From positions 1-54,749 of the forward strand of contig MU271420.1 of the NCBI GenBank assembly GCA_021432655.1: a DNA stretch of 54,749 nucleotides, read 5' to 3'. Position numbers and translations under genes: made by a program. Position 1 is the stretch's first letter. Each line of letters begins with the position of its first letter. Under the pieces are notes generated by a model. The model was given only the letters and a program-made list of their open reading frames with translations. It had not been told where the DNA came from and did not search any database. The stretch is from Atractiella rhizophila (Eukaryota). This document shows, piece by piece, positions 35,680 through 47,892 of this stretch.

Positions 35680-36986
35680 ATGTCCACCGGCCGCGACCGA
35701 ACCTCAGAGTTCAAGTCGACCGTCCAATCCATCTCCCTCCGGTCCGCCTCTCAGCCTGCTTCGTCTAACCCCGCCAAGAAGGCGTCCCAGCGAACCGAGT
35801 TCGCACGCACTGCTGGACAGATAGCTAATGACATTCATTCTACCACTCTAAAGTTGGAGAAGCTGGCCCAGCGTGCGCAAATTCATGTGGTCGTAGATTG
35901 TGTCCCTGATGTTTCAGTTTTCCTGTGCAGTGGCGAAGAGGAAGACCCTGTTTGACGATCGGCCAGTCGAGATCTCAGAACTGACGTTTATCATCAAGCA
36001 AGATATTGCCTCACTCAACCAGCAAATTGCCAAGTTACAGTCGCTTTCGGCTCAGGCAGGCCAGAAGGGGAAGAAAGGGAAGTTGGATGAGCACAATAAC
36101 AATGTGGTGTTGATGCTTCAAAGTCGGCTGGCGAGCACCAGTGTGGGATTCAAGGATGTGTTGGAGATTCGGACGCAGGTGAGTTTCTCCTTTCTGCTGG
36201 AACGTTGTGGCAGGATTGAGAGTTGGCACGATGTGGCAGAACATGAAAGCTACTCGCGACCGTACATCCCAATTTGCCTATAATCAAGCCCAAGGCCCAG
36301 CATCTGGTGCGTCTTCCTGCTTCTGCTAAACAACAGCCCGAGAAGGAACTGACAAGTGCTGCGTTCCCGCAAACCTTCTCCCTCGTCCACCTTTGACAAC
36401 AACACAGACTCGCCCCTCTTCGCCTCCGCCGCACCTAAAAACGCCGGTGGCCTTCTTGCACCCTCTGCTTCCTCTCGTACCGCTACTCCTCAACCTTTAC
36501 TTCAACCTGCATCGGGCCAAACGATCTACGACGAGAAGGGCAAGTCGAGGTCATATGAGACCGACGACTATCTGTCATTGGACATGGGTCCGACGTCGCA
36601 ACAGGATTATGAGCAGATGCAACTTTTAGAGCGACCCCAAGAGGACAGCTATTATCAGAGCCGGAGCACGGCGATTTCACAGATTGAGAGCACGATTCAA
36701 GAGCTCGGCGGTATCTTCAGTCAACTTGCGACGATGGTGGAGATGCAAGCGGATCAGGTGCAAAGGATCGATCAGGATACGAGCGATATTGCGAATAATG
36801 TGGAAGGTGCTCAGAGGGAACTCTTGAAGGTCCGTGCGAATGCATAATTTTATCATTATGGAACAATGCTAATTCGATGGTTGGGCACAGTACTATGCCT
36901 CTATCAGTAGTAATCGCTGGCTGATGCTGAAGGTTATGGGAGTCATCATCATTTTCTTCCTCCTATTCATCCTTGTTTCTCCTTGA
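35680..36986 (+). CDS. SED5: Syntaxin-5/Sed5 Golgi t-SNARE; multi-exon
   Basis: RDRTSEF Sly1-binding N-peptide, AKRKTLFDDRPVEISELTFIIKQDI, SNARE motif SRSTAISQIESTIQELGGIFSQLATMV...NVEGAQRELLK, and C-terminal TM SNRWLMLKVMGVIIIFFLLFILVS. Confidence 0.95.
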
Positions 36987-37536
36987 TTTCAGCCTTGTTT
37001 CTACCTTGAGATTGCTATATTGATATTGGCATCGAGCATTAGATTCCCTGAGCAGTATTGGATATTCTCAATTTTCTTCTGTCTGGCACTACGCGCTCGT
37101 CAGAGCGGCTTCCTCTCCTTATCTCTTCCCTACCAAATTCTTCTCAAGTACACATGGACGCTGAAAACTACCTGCTTTACCCCGATCCCAAGCAGCTGCG
37201 AGTAGGAAGGTTCTGTGAACAAGGTCTTCGATTTTGAGCACGATGCAAGGATGCGTAAGTGTAGCACATACGGTGAAAGATTGAAAGAATGAATAAAATA
37301 GGATGATGAAAGGCTGCATGGCCGGTGGAGAGAACAGGAATGGAGATGTGGAGAGAAAGAAGGAGCATTGGTAACTGCAAACTAAAAGCAACTGGAAACT
37401 AGAGAAAATCCAAGGTAGGTGTCCGTCCATTCAACGATAAGCAAACCAAATAGAGAAGTATCCATCCATGAAACAAAGCAAAATCCAACGTATAAACAAA
37501 AGCATCTCGTCCATCTATCTCAACACCCATCATCTA

Positions 37537-39282
37537 TCACACTTGGGCTCCGATGACAGTCTGAGGCTCTCCAGGGGTACTGGGCAAAGTCTTCTCCTGT
37601 CCCTTTTCCTTGTCTTCCTCGCCAATTCTTTCCCTCTCCTCCATTCCATCCGAAGTAGGTTCGGAAGACGGAGCCGTGCTCCCATTCCCATCAGACATAT
37701 CAGGTGTCCTCAGATTATCCGAAGAGCTGCTCCTCCCCTCCGAAGGCGAATCAGGACTAGGATTCTGTCGACTCGTCTCCGCGTTCCCGGTTTCTACCAC
37801 AGCAGCAGATTCAACCTTCCCCTCTGCCTGGTGAGGCTGATCACTCGAGAAAATTGGCTCATCCCGATCCGGGGAGGGAGGGAGTTGTGCCTGTTCTGGT
37901 TGTGGTGAAGGGGGTGACTGCCTGAGAGGCGACTTGGGCGGTTTTGGCGGGGGCTGAGTTGTCAGATTTTGGAGCTGAGGGAGTGGAGGAGGCTTTTCTT
38001 GACGTTGTTTTTTCGCCTTGAACGACCCTCTCCTGAAGAACACAACAAAAGTCCTCTTAGCCCACGACGTCTTCTCAATCCCAGCCTTGTTGTCCTTTTT
38101 TGACTCGGCCCCGGTGGGTTCAACATTGGATTTGATTTGAGAGAGCGCTAGTGGGGAGCGACTGTGGGCGGTCGTGTGCTTGGTTTCATTACGAGGAGGG
38201 GAGGAAGGAGTGAATTCGCTTTGGGCACGCCTGGATCGAGATGGGAGGGACATGAAGCGGGATGTCCGCTTAGATTTTGAATCTTTTGAGTCATCTTCGT
38301 GATCGTCAATCGCGAGGACCTGTCCCACAAACAAAATAAGAGTCCGAGTTACCGTTTGGCGTGCTAGCCGCTAGCTGCTAGCAGCGAGGAGACTCACCGA
38401 ATCCTGCAACGGACTCTTCCCCAGCTCACTTGTTCCCCTCCTCTTCATCGCTCCTGCAATCGATGTTCTCTTATCCGTCCCCACACCTCCATTTCCCGCT
38501 ACACTCGCACCATTCGCACTCCCAGCAGTGATCTTTCCTGCTTCTAACCCAATTGAGAGTGGCATCGGCGGCGGAGGGGACGGTTTGACCAAAGGAGAAT
38601 GGTTGGAAGTCTCATACAGACTTCTCGTCTCTGGCGTGGTAGATCCACTCCCATTCCCCGCATAGTTCCCAAAAAACATACTCCCTCGTCTCCCCTGCAA
38701 TTGGAAGTCTCATACAGACTTCTCGTCTCTGGCGTGGTAGATCCACTCCCATTCCCCGCATAGTTCCCAAAAAACATACTCCCTCGTCTCCCCTGCACTC
38801 CCTCCTTGCTCGAATATGAGAGTGCAGCATCGTACGGTGAGATGTCCGCAAACGCTAAGGGGTCGAAGAACCCACTGCCACCCCCATTCGCAGGATTCGC
38901 GAATCCGTACATGGAAGCAGGCCTCGCCAAAGATAAAGCGAGACTAGATCCTGTAGGCGTTCCGAGCACAGAAGTGGGTCTGGAGCCTGCTCGCGAAGGA
39001 GGACCGCTGCTAGTGTGACCATTGAGGGAAGGAGGAGGCGGGAGGTTTATCGAGAACGAGGCCTCGAATGCACGAGAGAACCGATTGATGGTTTGGAGAG
39101 GACGTTCGAGGGCGTAAGGAGAGTCGTCACCGTCGTACGAGTCCTCGCCATCGAGTGGTATCGACGGCTGGAGCTCCTCTTTGACGCTCCCCATCCGTGC
39201 ACGGTTGCGTGCGACCTTGTAGTCGTATCACTTGCCCGTCCCAACGATGCAGATGCAGAAAGAGACGTACCTTGGATGCCAT
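37537..39282 (-). CDS. Hypothetical Ser/Pro-rich protein, interrupted by an internal 98-bp duplication
   Basis: MASK|VARNRARMGSVKEE... then ORFs 38544-39194, 38371-38700 and 37537-38334, linked by an intron and a frameshift. No recognised domain. Confidence 0.55.
38603..38797. repeat. Exact tandem duplication, period 98 bp
   Basis: 38603-38699 equals 38701-38797, separated by a single A at 38700. Confidence 0.95.
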
Positions 39283-39685
39283 GTCGCGATACTCGCACTA
39301 GACGATACCTAGTTTACTGTCAAGCACACTGCAAAGTGGCCCTGGGAATAAGGCTGGCAGTAGGCAGAAGCAGAGCAAAAAGTGGAATTTGAGAATCGTC
39401 GTTTGGAGCCTTGGCACCAGAACGAACATTGGGAACTATCAGACCCACAGTAACGGAGTAGACATACTGTGTCTTCAACGCAGCAAAATCTTTTTCACCT
39501 TTGTCAAGCCGCAGTGCTACGCCATTCGAGTGACACTGAGTGACAGTATATTCCACGAAATAGTAAACTGTCGTCTCGCGGTGCGACGCCCTCCCATTGC
39601 TGTAAATACCTCTTAACAATGTATGACATCAAACAATATCAATACATCGTGGCAATTCAGATTTTCCAGTACAAAATTTGCTGCC

Positions 39686-40852
39686 TTAGGTTCCATTCCT
39701 TTGATCAACCGCCGTATATCTCTCCCAGCTAGTGATTCCTTCCTCCTGCAGTCCCTGATGCAGTGTTCTCCAAACCGGTAGTCCTTCTTCCTCGCTCAGG
39801 AAAATCCTCGATCGATAAGTGACGAGCGCTATTGCTTCCTTCTGATCTTTAATTGTCGCAACTGTTACATCGACCGCGTCATCCGTGTTGATCCAAAATA
39901 GGGACGTGTAGCATTTGGAGCAGGAAATTCGCTGGGCTTCAAAACCGGGAGTGGTGTAAGAGAGGAGACCTTCGACTTGGGTTTTGGCTGTGGGCACGGG
40001 GGATGGTTGGGAAGCGACCGTAAGGTTGAAGAAAGGTAGAGGAATAGTCGCCATACAAACTCCTGCCGTCGAACCCGTCCATCGAACACCTTTCTACCCA
40101 TGTTATTACTATTCCTTAGAAGCAAGAAGAAACATACAGCTGTCACAGTGACACGAAGACGCGCGATACTTCCACCCTCTCTGCGCATCCTTCTCAATCC
40201 CGCAACGCTCTCTCCACTTCTCTTCGGTCCATCCTGTCTGTTTATCGTCCACCAAAGCCTTCAAAGCTGCCTCAGTAGGCGCTTTGACGCGATATTGAAC
40301 GTTTTCGCAAGCGCAAGCACCCATAATCTCTTCAGGGAGAGAAGCAAGTATTTCCCTTCCGCCCTTCTTTTTGGCTCCGCTCAGATCCATGGCTGGACCT
40401 TTATTCCCACCTGTGATCTGCTGGCACCCCTTGAGCTGCCAACGAGTAAGATCGACCATCCCACCAAGCCCATCACAAGTTGCACCGGCGTTGCAGATGT
40501 AATCTAGCGACCTCACATAGCGCACGACGTCCTCCTTGTCCAAAGTTGCTACAGTGGCTTGAATCCACTCGCTACCTTCTCTGCTCCAAAACAAAGGCGT
40601 GCTACAAACGGAGCAGAAAGACCTCGTCCTCCCTGGCATGAGAGAGATCTCCGTGACGAGTTCAGGATGTGAGGTGACCTTCAACTCGGGTCGGAGGACG
40701 GCAAGGAAAGTCTGGAAGAATGTCCCAGATGAAACGCGGCAGTAGTCGCACAGACATGACCAGGCTTCAATCTTTTCGTTGGTGGAAGGTATTGGGATAG
40801 TGTAAGTTACCTTACCGCAGAGGCAAGATCCTCTACAAGTGCTCTGAAGCAT
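39686..40852 (-). CDS. Tandem GFA/CENP-V (Mss4-like) zinc protein
   Basis: Domain 1: GSCLCGKVTY..CLCDYCR..SFCSVCSTPL. Domain 2: GACACENVQY..CHCDSC..ISCSKCYTSLFW. Confidence 0.85.
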
Positions 40853-40969
40853 CTTAACTGCTGGTGGTTGATCTCAACAAATGTTATGACGTAAAGAGGT
40901 GAAGCGTACGGACGCGGACATAGACTACGATCATGACAACGGCACAGAAAGCTAACTGCTTGTCTCAAG

Positions 40970-42344
40970 ATGCAAACTAGGAACAGTAATATACCAACAT
41001 AGCCTTCAAGCTGCTTAGAAGCTGACAGAGACTATAGGTCCTCGTTGTCCAGCTTTACTCCTGTCCGAGGAAGCGTTAGATACCATCCTCCACTTCCTCG
41101 CCTCCGCCAATCGCTCGAGAACGCATTATGAGCCACCACCGATTGCGTCCCTACGCTCCTTCGCACTCGTTACTCGCAGATGGACCGCGTCAGCACAGCG
41201 AGCATTGTACAACACTCCAGACCCCATCCTGATCTTCAACGGCCGAAGGAAAGCAATGATCCTACTCGAAGCCCTGGAAGGGAACCCAGGACTCGGTAAC
41301 TGTGTCAAGAACCTGGATCGACTGGGAAACTGGTGCATGATCCTCAAGAACCAGGCTGGAGGTTCATCAGAAAGCGTATCGGAGTACGGGTTCAGGATCA
41401 TATCTGCTTGCAAGTCTCTCAGATTCCTCGACCTCCCCATCATCGTCAAGGACGACAAATCTCGAGTTTTGAACGCCATGAAAGAGCTAAAGAATCTCGA
41501 ACTTATTAGGATAGCGAGAGGTGTATTGGAAAGTATGAATGACGAACTCCCTGCCTATGGGGAAGAAGGCCCCGCTCCGAATCGATGGACTATTGAAGAC
41601 CTCGCCCTCATCGCCACTTCCTTGCCTTCAATGCGGGAATTACAGATTTGCAGTAGCTTCTTTAACGCAGAAGAGCCTCCACCCCCTTTCATAGCGTCAA
41701 CTGACCCGCCGTTGGCCGTCGAAGCATCTGACGACGTGGAGACAAACCTCGATTGGTCTATTCGGGGACTAACGATCGAGGATCCAGGGTTTCCATCCCC
41801 TACCCAGATCCGAAAACTTGTGGGTCGGGGAGAGAGACTGCAATCTTTGACTCTCAGGCAAATATACAACAATATCCCCGTTCTGGAAGAGGTCATACCG
41901 CAACTCGGCGCATCGCTGACGAATCTTTTCATCGAGTTCCCACTGAACGACCAGGAGGAGAGGCTGACAAGGACACGGAACAACCAAGCAGTAGCTCAGG
42001 ATGTATTGAGGATCGTGCACGCATCTTCATGCTCGACAACACTTGAACGGCTCGTCATCCGCAATGTTTCGTACTGTTTCGTCGAGCTCGAGCTCCTTGC
42101 TGCCAGCTTCCAGAACCTTCGACAATTCTATCTCATCGGGCACCCAGCTTGGGATGTCACTCCACCTGGAAAAGAAATGTTACTCGAAAACGTTTCCAGG
42201 CTGTTTGAAAACAAGGACACATTTCCTTCGCTTCAAAGTGGATGGTTTGATGTTGTGGATATGGTTGGAAATTGGGATAGTATCAGACAGTTTCGGAGCT
42301 CCTTGAGAGAAAAAAGGAATATTTCTATACTCATAAACGACTGA
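40970..42344 (+). CDS. F-box-like/LRR protein
   Basis: After a short first intron the frame reads LSEEALDTILHFLA...SLRSFALVTRRWTASAQRALY (basidiomycete F-box-like), then LRR-like segments (CKSLRFLDL, LKNLELIRI, LQSLTLR, LTNLFI, FQNLRQFYL). Confidence 0.7.
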
Positions 42345-43001
42345 TTTACTGTATATTGAAGAAGGACGGTAAATCACGTGATCTGAAAGCTTGTCAGTCG
42401 CTTCCTTCCTTCTCGCGCTTGTAGAACAGAAGAAGTCATACAAAATCGATGCCACATTCACAGTCGTCTTGATAGCAAATGAGTGGTCAAAGAAGAAGAC
42501 CAAAAACAGCAAAGTCACAATAATCACAGATAGAAAGCTTTCTCATCGCTTCTCAAGCTGCAGAACCGACCCACCTAGTTTCTGTACCAATTGTGCACTC
42601 CATAATACCATAATACGGGTACTGAGCACTACCTAGCCTTCCTGATGCACTTGGCAATTCTGACTTCGTTGTTCTGGATGTGACTCACTAATTTCAACTT
42701 GGGCGGAACAACGGTGATCCAGAGCATTCCTTCTTTCACCTTCGAAGAATCTCAGCTCCATACCGCTCAACTCTGGATTATCAGCTTCGAATAGAGCAAG
42801 TGTATTTGCAAGCTTAGTGTAGGCTCGATCTAGTCATCTGCGAATTGCACAAGCTTCCTCTTTGGCTCTTATCCCATCGTGCGTCTTGCTCTTATTTTCT
42901 TTGAGCACTTTGGAACGGTGTTTGGTGTTGGTGTTAGACTTTCACTTTGAGCTAATTAGACACTGGTTGTCTGTTTCTTTTACGCCAAGAACTCAACAAG
43001 G

Positions 43002-44210
43002 ATGCCCGCTCTCTCAGCACCCGCCACTCGGACCACATTCCAGCTCCCTCGTCGTCCCAGAGCTACTCCGAGGATTACTGTTTTGAGGAAGCCGACGCAG
43101 ATATTAGACAGTGTGATTGTTGAGCAATGCGAGTCTGAGGACGAGGAGGAAGACGGAGCGCAATATGCGACTTTCCCTGCTATGGAAGGGACAGAAGAGA
43201 CGGTGTTGAATATTGGCGCAATTAGGGAGAGGCAGGAGAAGAGGAGGGATAATATCTTTGAGAGCAAGGTTCTGGATAAGTTGGAGAGGAGAAAAGCGCT
43301 CGCCAATGGTGGAGGCAGGATCGATCTGGCCAAGGCTGCGGCCGCTGGTTCTTTGCGTGTGAAGGATGGAGTTCCACATCGTTCGTCCTCCTTTCATTTC
43401 ATTTCATTTCCCATCAAGGGCATCTGGCTGAGGCACGAAGCAGCTCAACCCCGTGGTCATCGTCACACACAATCGCTGAATATCCATCCCCTCTCCGATC
43501 CTTTCAGTCCTGCGTCCCCTCCGTCCTCTCCACCTGTATTCAACTTCTCCTCTCTCACCTCTCCCACCGCTTTCACTTCCGCGGTGTCGCCACATCCATC
43601 GATGCCAAACTTCTCCCACAATCCCCTATACAACTACCTCGTTGAGCAGAATCTGATCATGGCTCAGTTGATCAACAGCCTACCCCCTGTCGAGAAGCCA
43701 CAACACATCAAAAAGGCACAACAGCAGCTGGTCCATAACCTTAAACCTCAGCGAGAGCCGGAGCCAACGAATATTAAGCGAGCACACAAACGCACGGGAT
43801 CCCTACAGACTGGTGGCGGCTCGCTCTCCTCCCTTCCCTCCTTGGACCAAATTGCGGCGCATCTGAGCTCCACAAAATCGTCTGAGAAGAAACCCAGCCC
43901 GGTTCAGGCTCAGCCCACCATATCCATTTCCGGGAAGATGGAGGAGGTGCCTCCTACGCCGGGAGCGGGGCTGAGAGAGAAGAGGATGACCGAGTTCCTG
44001 AAGAGAAGGACGAGGGAGAGGAGCTCGAGCGGAAGTCAGCTCTTGGATGAGGAGGGACCGTTGAAGAAGAGCCCAAAGGTTGCGGAGGCTGAGTTGAAGA
44101 GCCCCAGTGAGGAGACCGGAGGGAGAAGGGTTGCGGCGAAGCGGATGGTCAATACGCTGATGAGTGGGAGGAGGAATAGATTCTCTATGATTGACGGAAT
44201 CACTTGCTAG
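43002..44210 (+). CDS. Hypothetical low-complexity protein (402 aa ORF; may contain a small intron)
   Basis: Long ATG-initiated ORF, Ser/Pro-rich, with an LPSLDQI motif. No family recognised. Confidence 0.6.
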   Translation: MPALSAPATRTTFQLPRRPRATPRITVLRKPTQILDSVIVEQCESEDEEEDGAQYATFPAMEGTEETVLNIGAIRERQEKRRDNIFESKVLDKLERRKALANGGGRIDLAKAAAAGSLRVKDGVPHRSSSFHFISFPIKGIWLRHEAAQPRGHRHTQSLNIHPLSDPFSPASPPSSPPVFNFSSLTSPTAFTSAVSPHPSMPNFSHNPLYNYLVEQNLIMAQLINSLPPVEKPQHIKKAQQQLVHNLKPQREPEPTNIKRAHKRTGSLQTGGGSLSSLPSLDQIAAHLSSTKSSEKKPSPVQAQPTISISGKMEEVPPTPGAGLREKRMTEFLKRRTRERSSSGSQLLDEEGPLKKSPKVAEAELKSPSEETGGRRVAAKRMVNTLMSGRRNRFSMIDGITC

Positions 44211-44979
44211 GCTCCCGTCTGGAACCACAAAATGGCGGGACTGCGGCGTAAAGAAGACGGTGGGCGGCTGGTCCGACTCATATTTCTAGGATTCGTCCTT
44301 TCATGAGTGCATGGGTCTTTCACAATCGTTCTTTCACCACTGCTTCCATTAGTCCACAAGCAACTTCTTTCTTAACTTACTTACCTCATGCTGCTGCGTC
44401 GACAGAATCATTTCAATATAGGAGTCGTACTCGATGTATCATCACCTCATCAGTCTTGACAGCTTCATTCGCACTTTTGGGACTGATTTTGACGTTGGAT
44501 TCTTCTCAGTGATCCGAAGCCGGATTTTTTGTACACTAGATGGACTTGTCCGTCTTTCCATCCTATCAATTGTGATTCATCCTCTGTGGAGGAGCTAGGG
44601 AGTATCTTATAGCAATGCATATTGAAATTTCCTTGTACCAGGCTGGTGGGTTCCTTGTATACGCTCATGGACTGGATCGCTTTTCGCTTGGAGTTTACGT
44701 CCCCTTGGCGACGAGCAATTATGGTAATGCTTCCCTACAAATGAACTGGAACAAATCGCAGCTGTAGATGATAGCTTTGACAAGTCCATAAGTGTAAGGA
44801 ACAACACCTGCTAGAACGAACAGATAAAATTGAGTTGATGGCTTGGGTAAGTGTTCAATGTCGGTGAGAGGACATATTCTGATGGAAATATCGCTGAAGC
44901 AAAAGTTGATTAGGATTGAAAATGAACGATTGAAGCATCAAACACGAACGAGAGAATGTATGGCATAGCGAAGACGGGA

Positions 44980-45550
44980 TTAGCCAGGTCCAACCTATTC
45001 CGAACCCAGATTTAGCATTCACGGACAACGAGGAAGCAAGGGAGCAGGAGTAGGACGCACCCTAGGAATATCATAATGCTCGCTCAAATTACCCAACTTC
45101 TCGTTAAATTCGGCTACTCTGTCTTTGTGTGACTTCGTCGCCTGTTTCTTCATCTTTTTCTCCAACTAGAGCCAAAGGCAGCCTCGTGAGCACACTTGCC
45201 CAATAGCTATTCATAAGTAGAACAAAGTAAACGCACCCGCTTCCGCCTAGTCTCATCAAAATGCTCCTCCGCCTTGGTTTTCCCAATCCGTACAAACTGG
45301 TGCGGTTCAACTTGCTCTCCTCCAGATCCTGTCTCCTCTTTTGCTTTGGACGAAGAAGCCTGGGAACTGCTACCGGCTGTAGGATCCCCCTTTGATAATG
45401 CTTCTTGATGAATTTTCGACTTCTTCTTTTTCTTCTTCCTGTAATACTAAAGTCAATGGGGAAAGCGAGCAAAGTGGCAGGAAATGGGAAGGCGTACCCA
45501 GCGTCCCCTTTAAACTTCAGCCCACCGCCAACGGCGACTAGGTCTGACAT
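44980..45550 (-). CDS. FAM32A/DUF1754-family small nuclear protein; multi-exon
   Basis: GGGLKFKG|KKKKKSK...KTKAEEHFDETRRKR|LEKKMKKQATKSHKDRVAEFNEKLGNLSEHYDIPR|VGPG*. Confidence 0.85.
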
Positions 45551-46160
45551 CCTTCTAGTCGATCCTGCGTCTGCTCAGCGCAAGCAGTAAGGCGAGTTGC
45601 TCACGGTGCTCTCATGCACCCACGCTCATGTGGTATGAGTCAGACTCATGATGAAGCCCCTTACCCAAGCTCTTCTTCCGACCGTGCAGATGCAGACCAG
45701 ACATCCCACGATTGTTGATTTTTCCAGCTTCTCTTCGATGATGGCGATAAGACATAAGACTCAGGAGGAGACTTAGATGGTGGGAGTACATTGGTTGTAA
45801 TGTGGCTAAAATTCAGTCGGCCTGTTGCGATGGTTCTGCGAGTACTTCCTGGTTGTGCTGGGTGAGTTGACTCTGCTCCAATATCCATTCTTGATTCTCG
45901 TTCGGCGCCGTTAGATTGCTTAACAGGCACTTGGAGTTTGAAGCGTTATCTGAGATTGCGAATGTTTTACCGTTCCGACAGATTCGGAAACATGTGCCAC
46001 AATCTAATACTTTCGTAGTATCTACGGAGCTTCTTTGTAACCAGTAATTGCAGTCCAACTTCATCCGCAGAAATTAATGTACATGTTTGTCTGGGGTTAC
46101 CACTTTACAAATTGAAGGAAAATCTCCTTTTCTCGTAACACAATGAAAAAGCCAAAGATT

Positions 46161-47283
46161 TTATATCCATTGCGCTTGGACAGCCTGGACAAATCCTTGA
46201 GTGGTGATTGGTACCACGGCTGGATTCAACTTCGAGAGACAAGCATGGCAAAAAGCGAGCCAGAACTATTACCAACCGCGTCAATTCTGGCTGTGAACAT
46301 GTGGAATATCAACGCACATCGTATATCCAATAAGAAATCATCTCTCTCTTAGGTTGATTCCTTATGAGGAGGTACCTTCCACAAGTAACAATAAGGAAGG
46401 CGATCTGAAGCCATATCAAGGTTGGGTGCACCGCAGAGATGAAGATGGATCCAACGGTAGAAAGACAGAGGACAGTAACGAGAAAGACGCGTGCTCCCCA
46501 AGGTGAGACCAGAGGGAACGTCTTTCGTCCTGCCGCTGCGTCACCAACGACGTCGGGAAAATCTTGAGCGTGCATCGTCAGCATGTTGACTAGCGCTGCA
46601 CCATGTCATATTCTCAGTTTGATTCAAGACAGACTGAATGGACGAACTGGAGAATACGACGGAGACGATCTGGTGGAAATTGAGAGCCTGACCTGCCGCT
46701 TTCGTAATCGCATGCGTCAGGACGAACCATCATAGATTGATGAAAACGTACTGGCTACAGTCATGCAACCGATTTCAAGCGCAGGAAAGCAAGCGCCAGC
46801 AAGAAAATTTTTTGCATAAAACTTTCTGCTCACTTCAAGGTCGTTATGAATCCAAAGAATGATGCTTAGCGAAATCGTAGCGTAGACCGTAGTTCTGCTT
46901 CCGAGAATGGCGGACTGAATGATGTTGAAAAAAGGCATGAACCATCGAATCCTTCGAGCTGTTTTTAAGGTCATCATCCCGCTCGGTATGGGTCGATAAG
47001 GCTTGTTGTTGATGTCTTCAGCCAACGCATTTGCTGTGACATAGTTTGGAATCAGGCACATGCAGTTGGGATTTAACGCACCGGAACTTTGATTTGAGAA
47101 ACACCATTCTGCTATCAAGCTTTGAAGCCAGAAAGCTGTCAACAATGTCCTGATGAAACCGGACCAGGGAACAATGGAGAGTGAAAATGCGAGCACAGGA
47201 AGTGTTACGGTTTTGATGTCAGAATATGACAGATAGTACAAAACTTTGGCCCCATGCCAGAGACTAGTTAATATGGTGGACAT
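46161..47283 (-). CDS. UbiA-superfamily membrane prenyltransferase / terpene-cyclase-like protein; multi-exon
   Basis: YSDIKTVTLP, CFSNQ...AEDINNKPYRPIPSG and HAQDFPDVVGDAAAGRKTFPL, with several hydrophobic TM stretches. Confidence 0.85.
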
Positions 47284-47892
47284 ACTGAGCTGTCAGAGTT
47301 GTTCACAGAAGTGTCAGCTGCGCTGAATCTTTCGGTAGAGGATGCAAGCTCGCTTTTATCTACGATGATTCTTAGGCATTACAGCCCTGTGCTACGCTGA
47401 TAAGTCAAGGGACGAGCCGGTTAAAAGGAAAAATTTCCCTAATGCGCAAAGCGGCTGCTGTGACTGCTTTCTGCATATCACGCACGATTAACTTCTAACA
47501 GTCTTTCCTCGCAAATCCTACGTCGGTCCCTGGAGCCCGTGAGTTAGACGCGGTGACAGTGTTTCCTTATTCTTTTGAAATGACGGTGCTGCTAATAGCC
47601 ATGCATTCGGGACTCCATTCGGGTATGGGCTTTGATTATCGATTTTCAGCATTCTCCATGCGATCAGGGCCAAAGTCTATGACAACGTGGGAATTTATCC
47701 AAAAAAATTGGATGATAGATCTATTTCCGCGCATATGTGATAGGATAGGATTGTCTGTTGTAACAAAGAGCGGAGGGAAATTTCTTTTTCTCTTCGGCAT
47801 CGGAACCTTATTCTGTTTCCTTGTTCGCCCAACTTCGCAGGAAACGGCACAAAAATTGATAATTACATGGCATTTCAAGATTCCAAAATTCA

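Noticed and set aside
45635..45649. Palindrome ATGAGTC-A-GACTCAT upstream of FAM32A
   Set aside because: Plausibly a bZIP site, but short and isolated, with no independent support.
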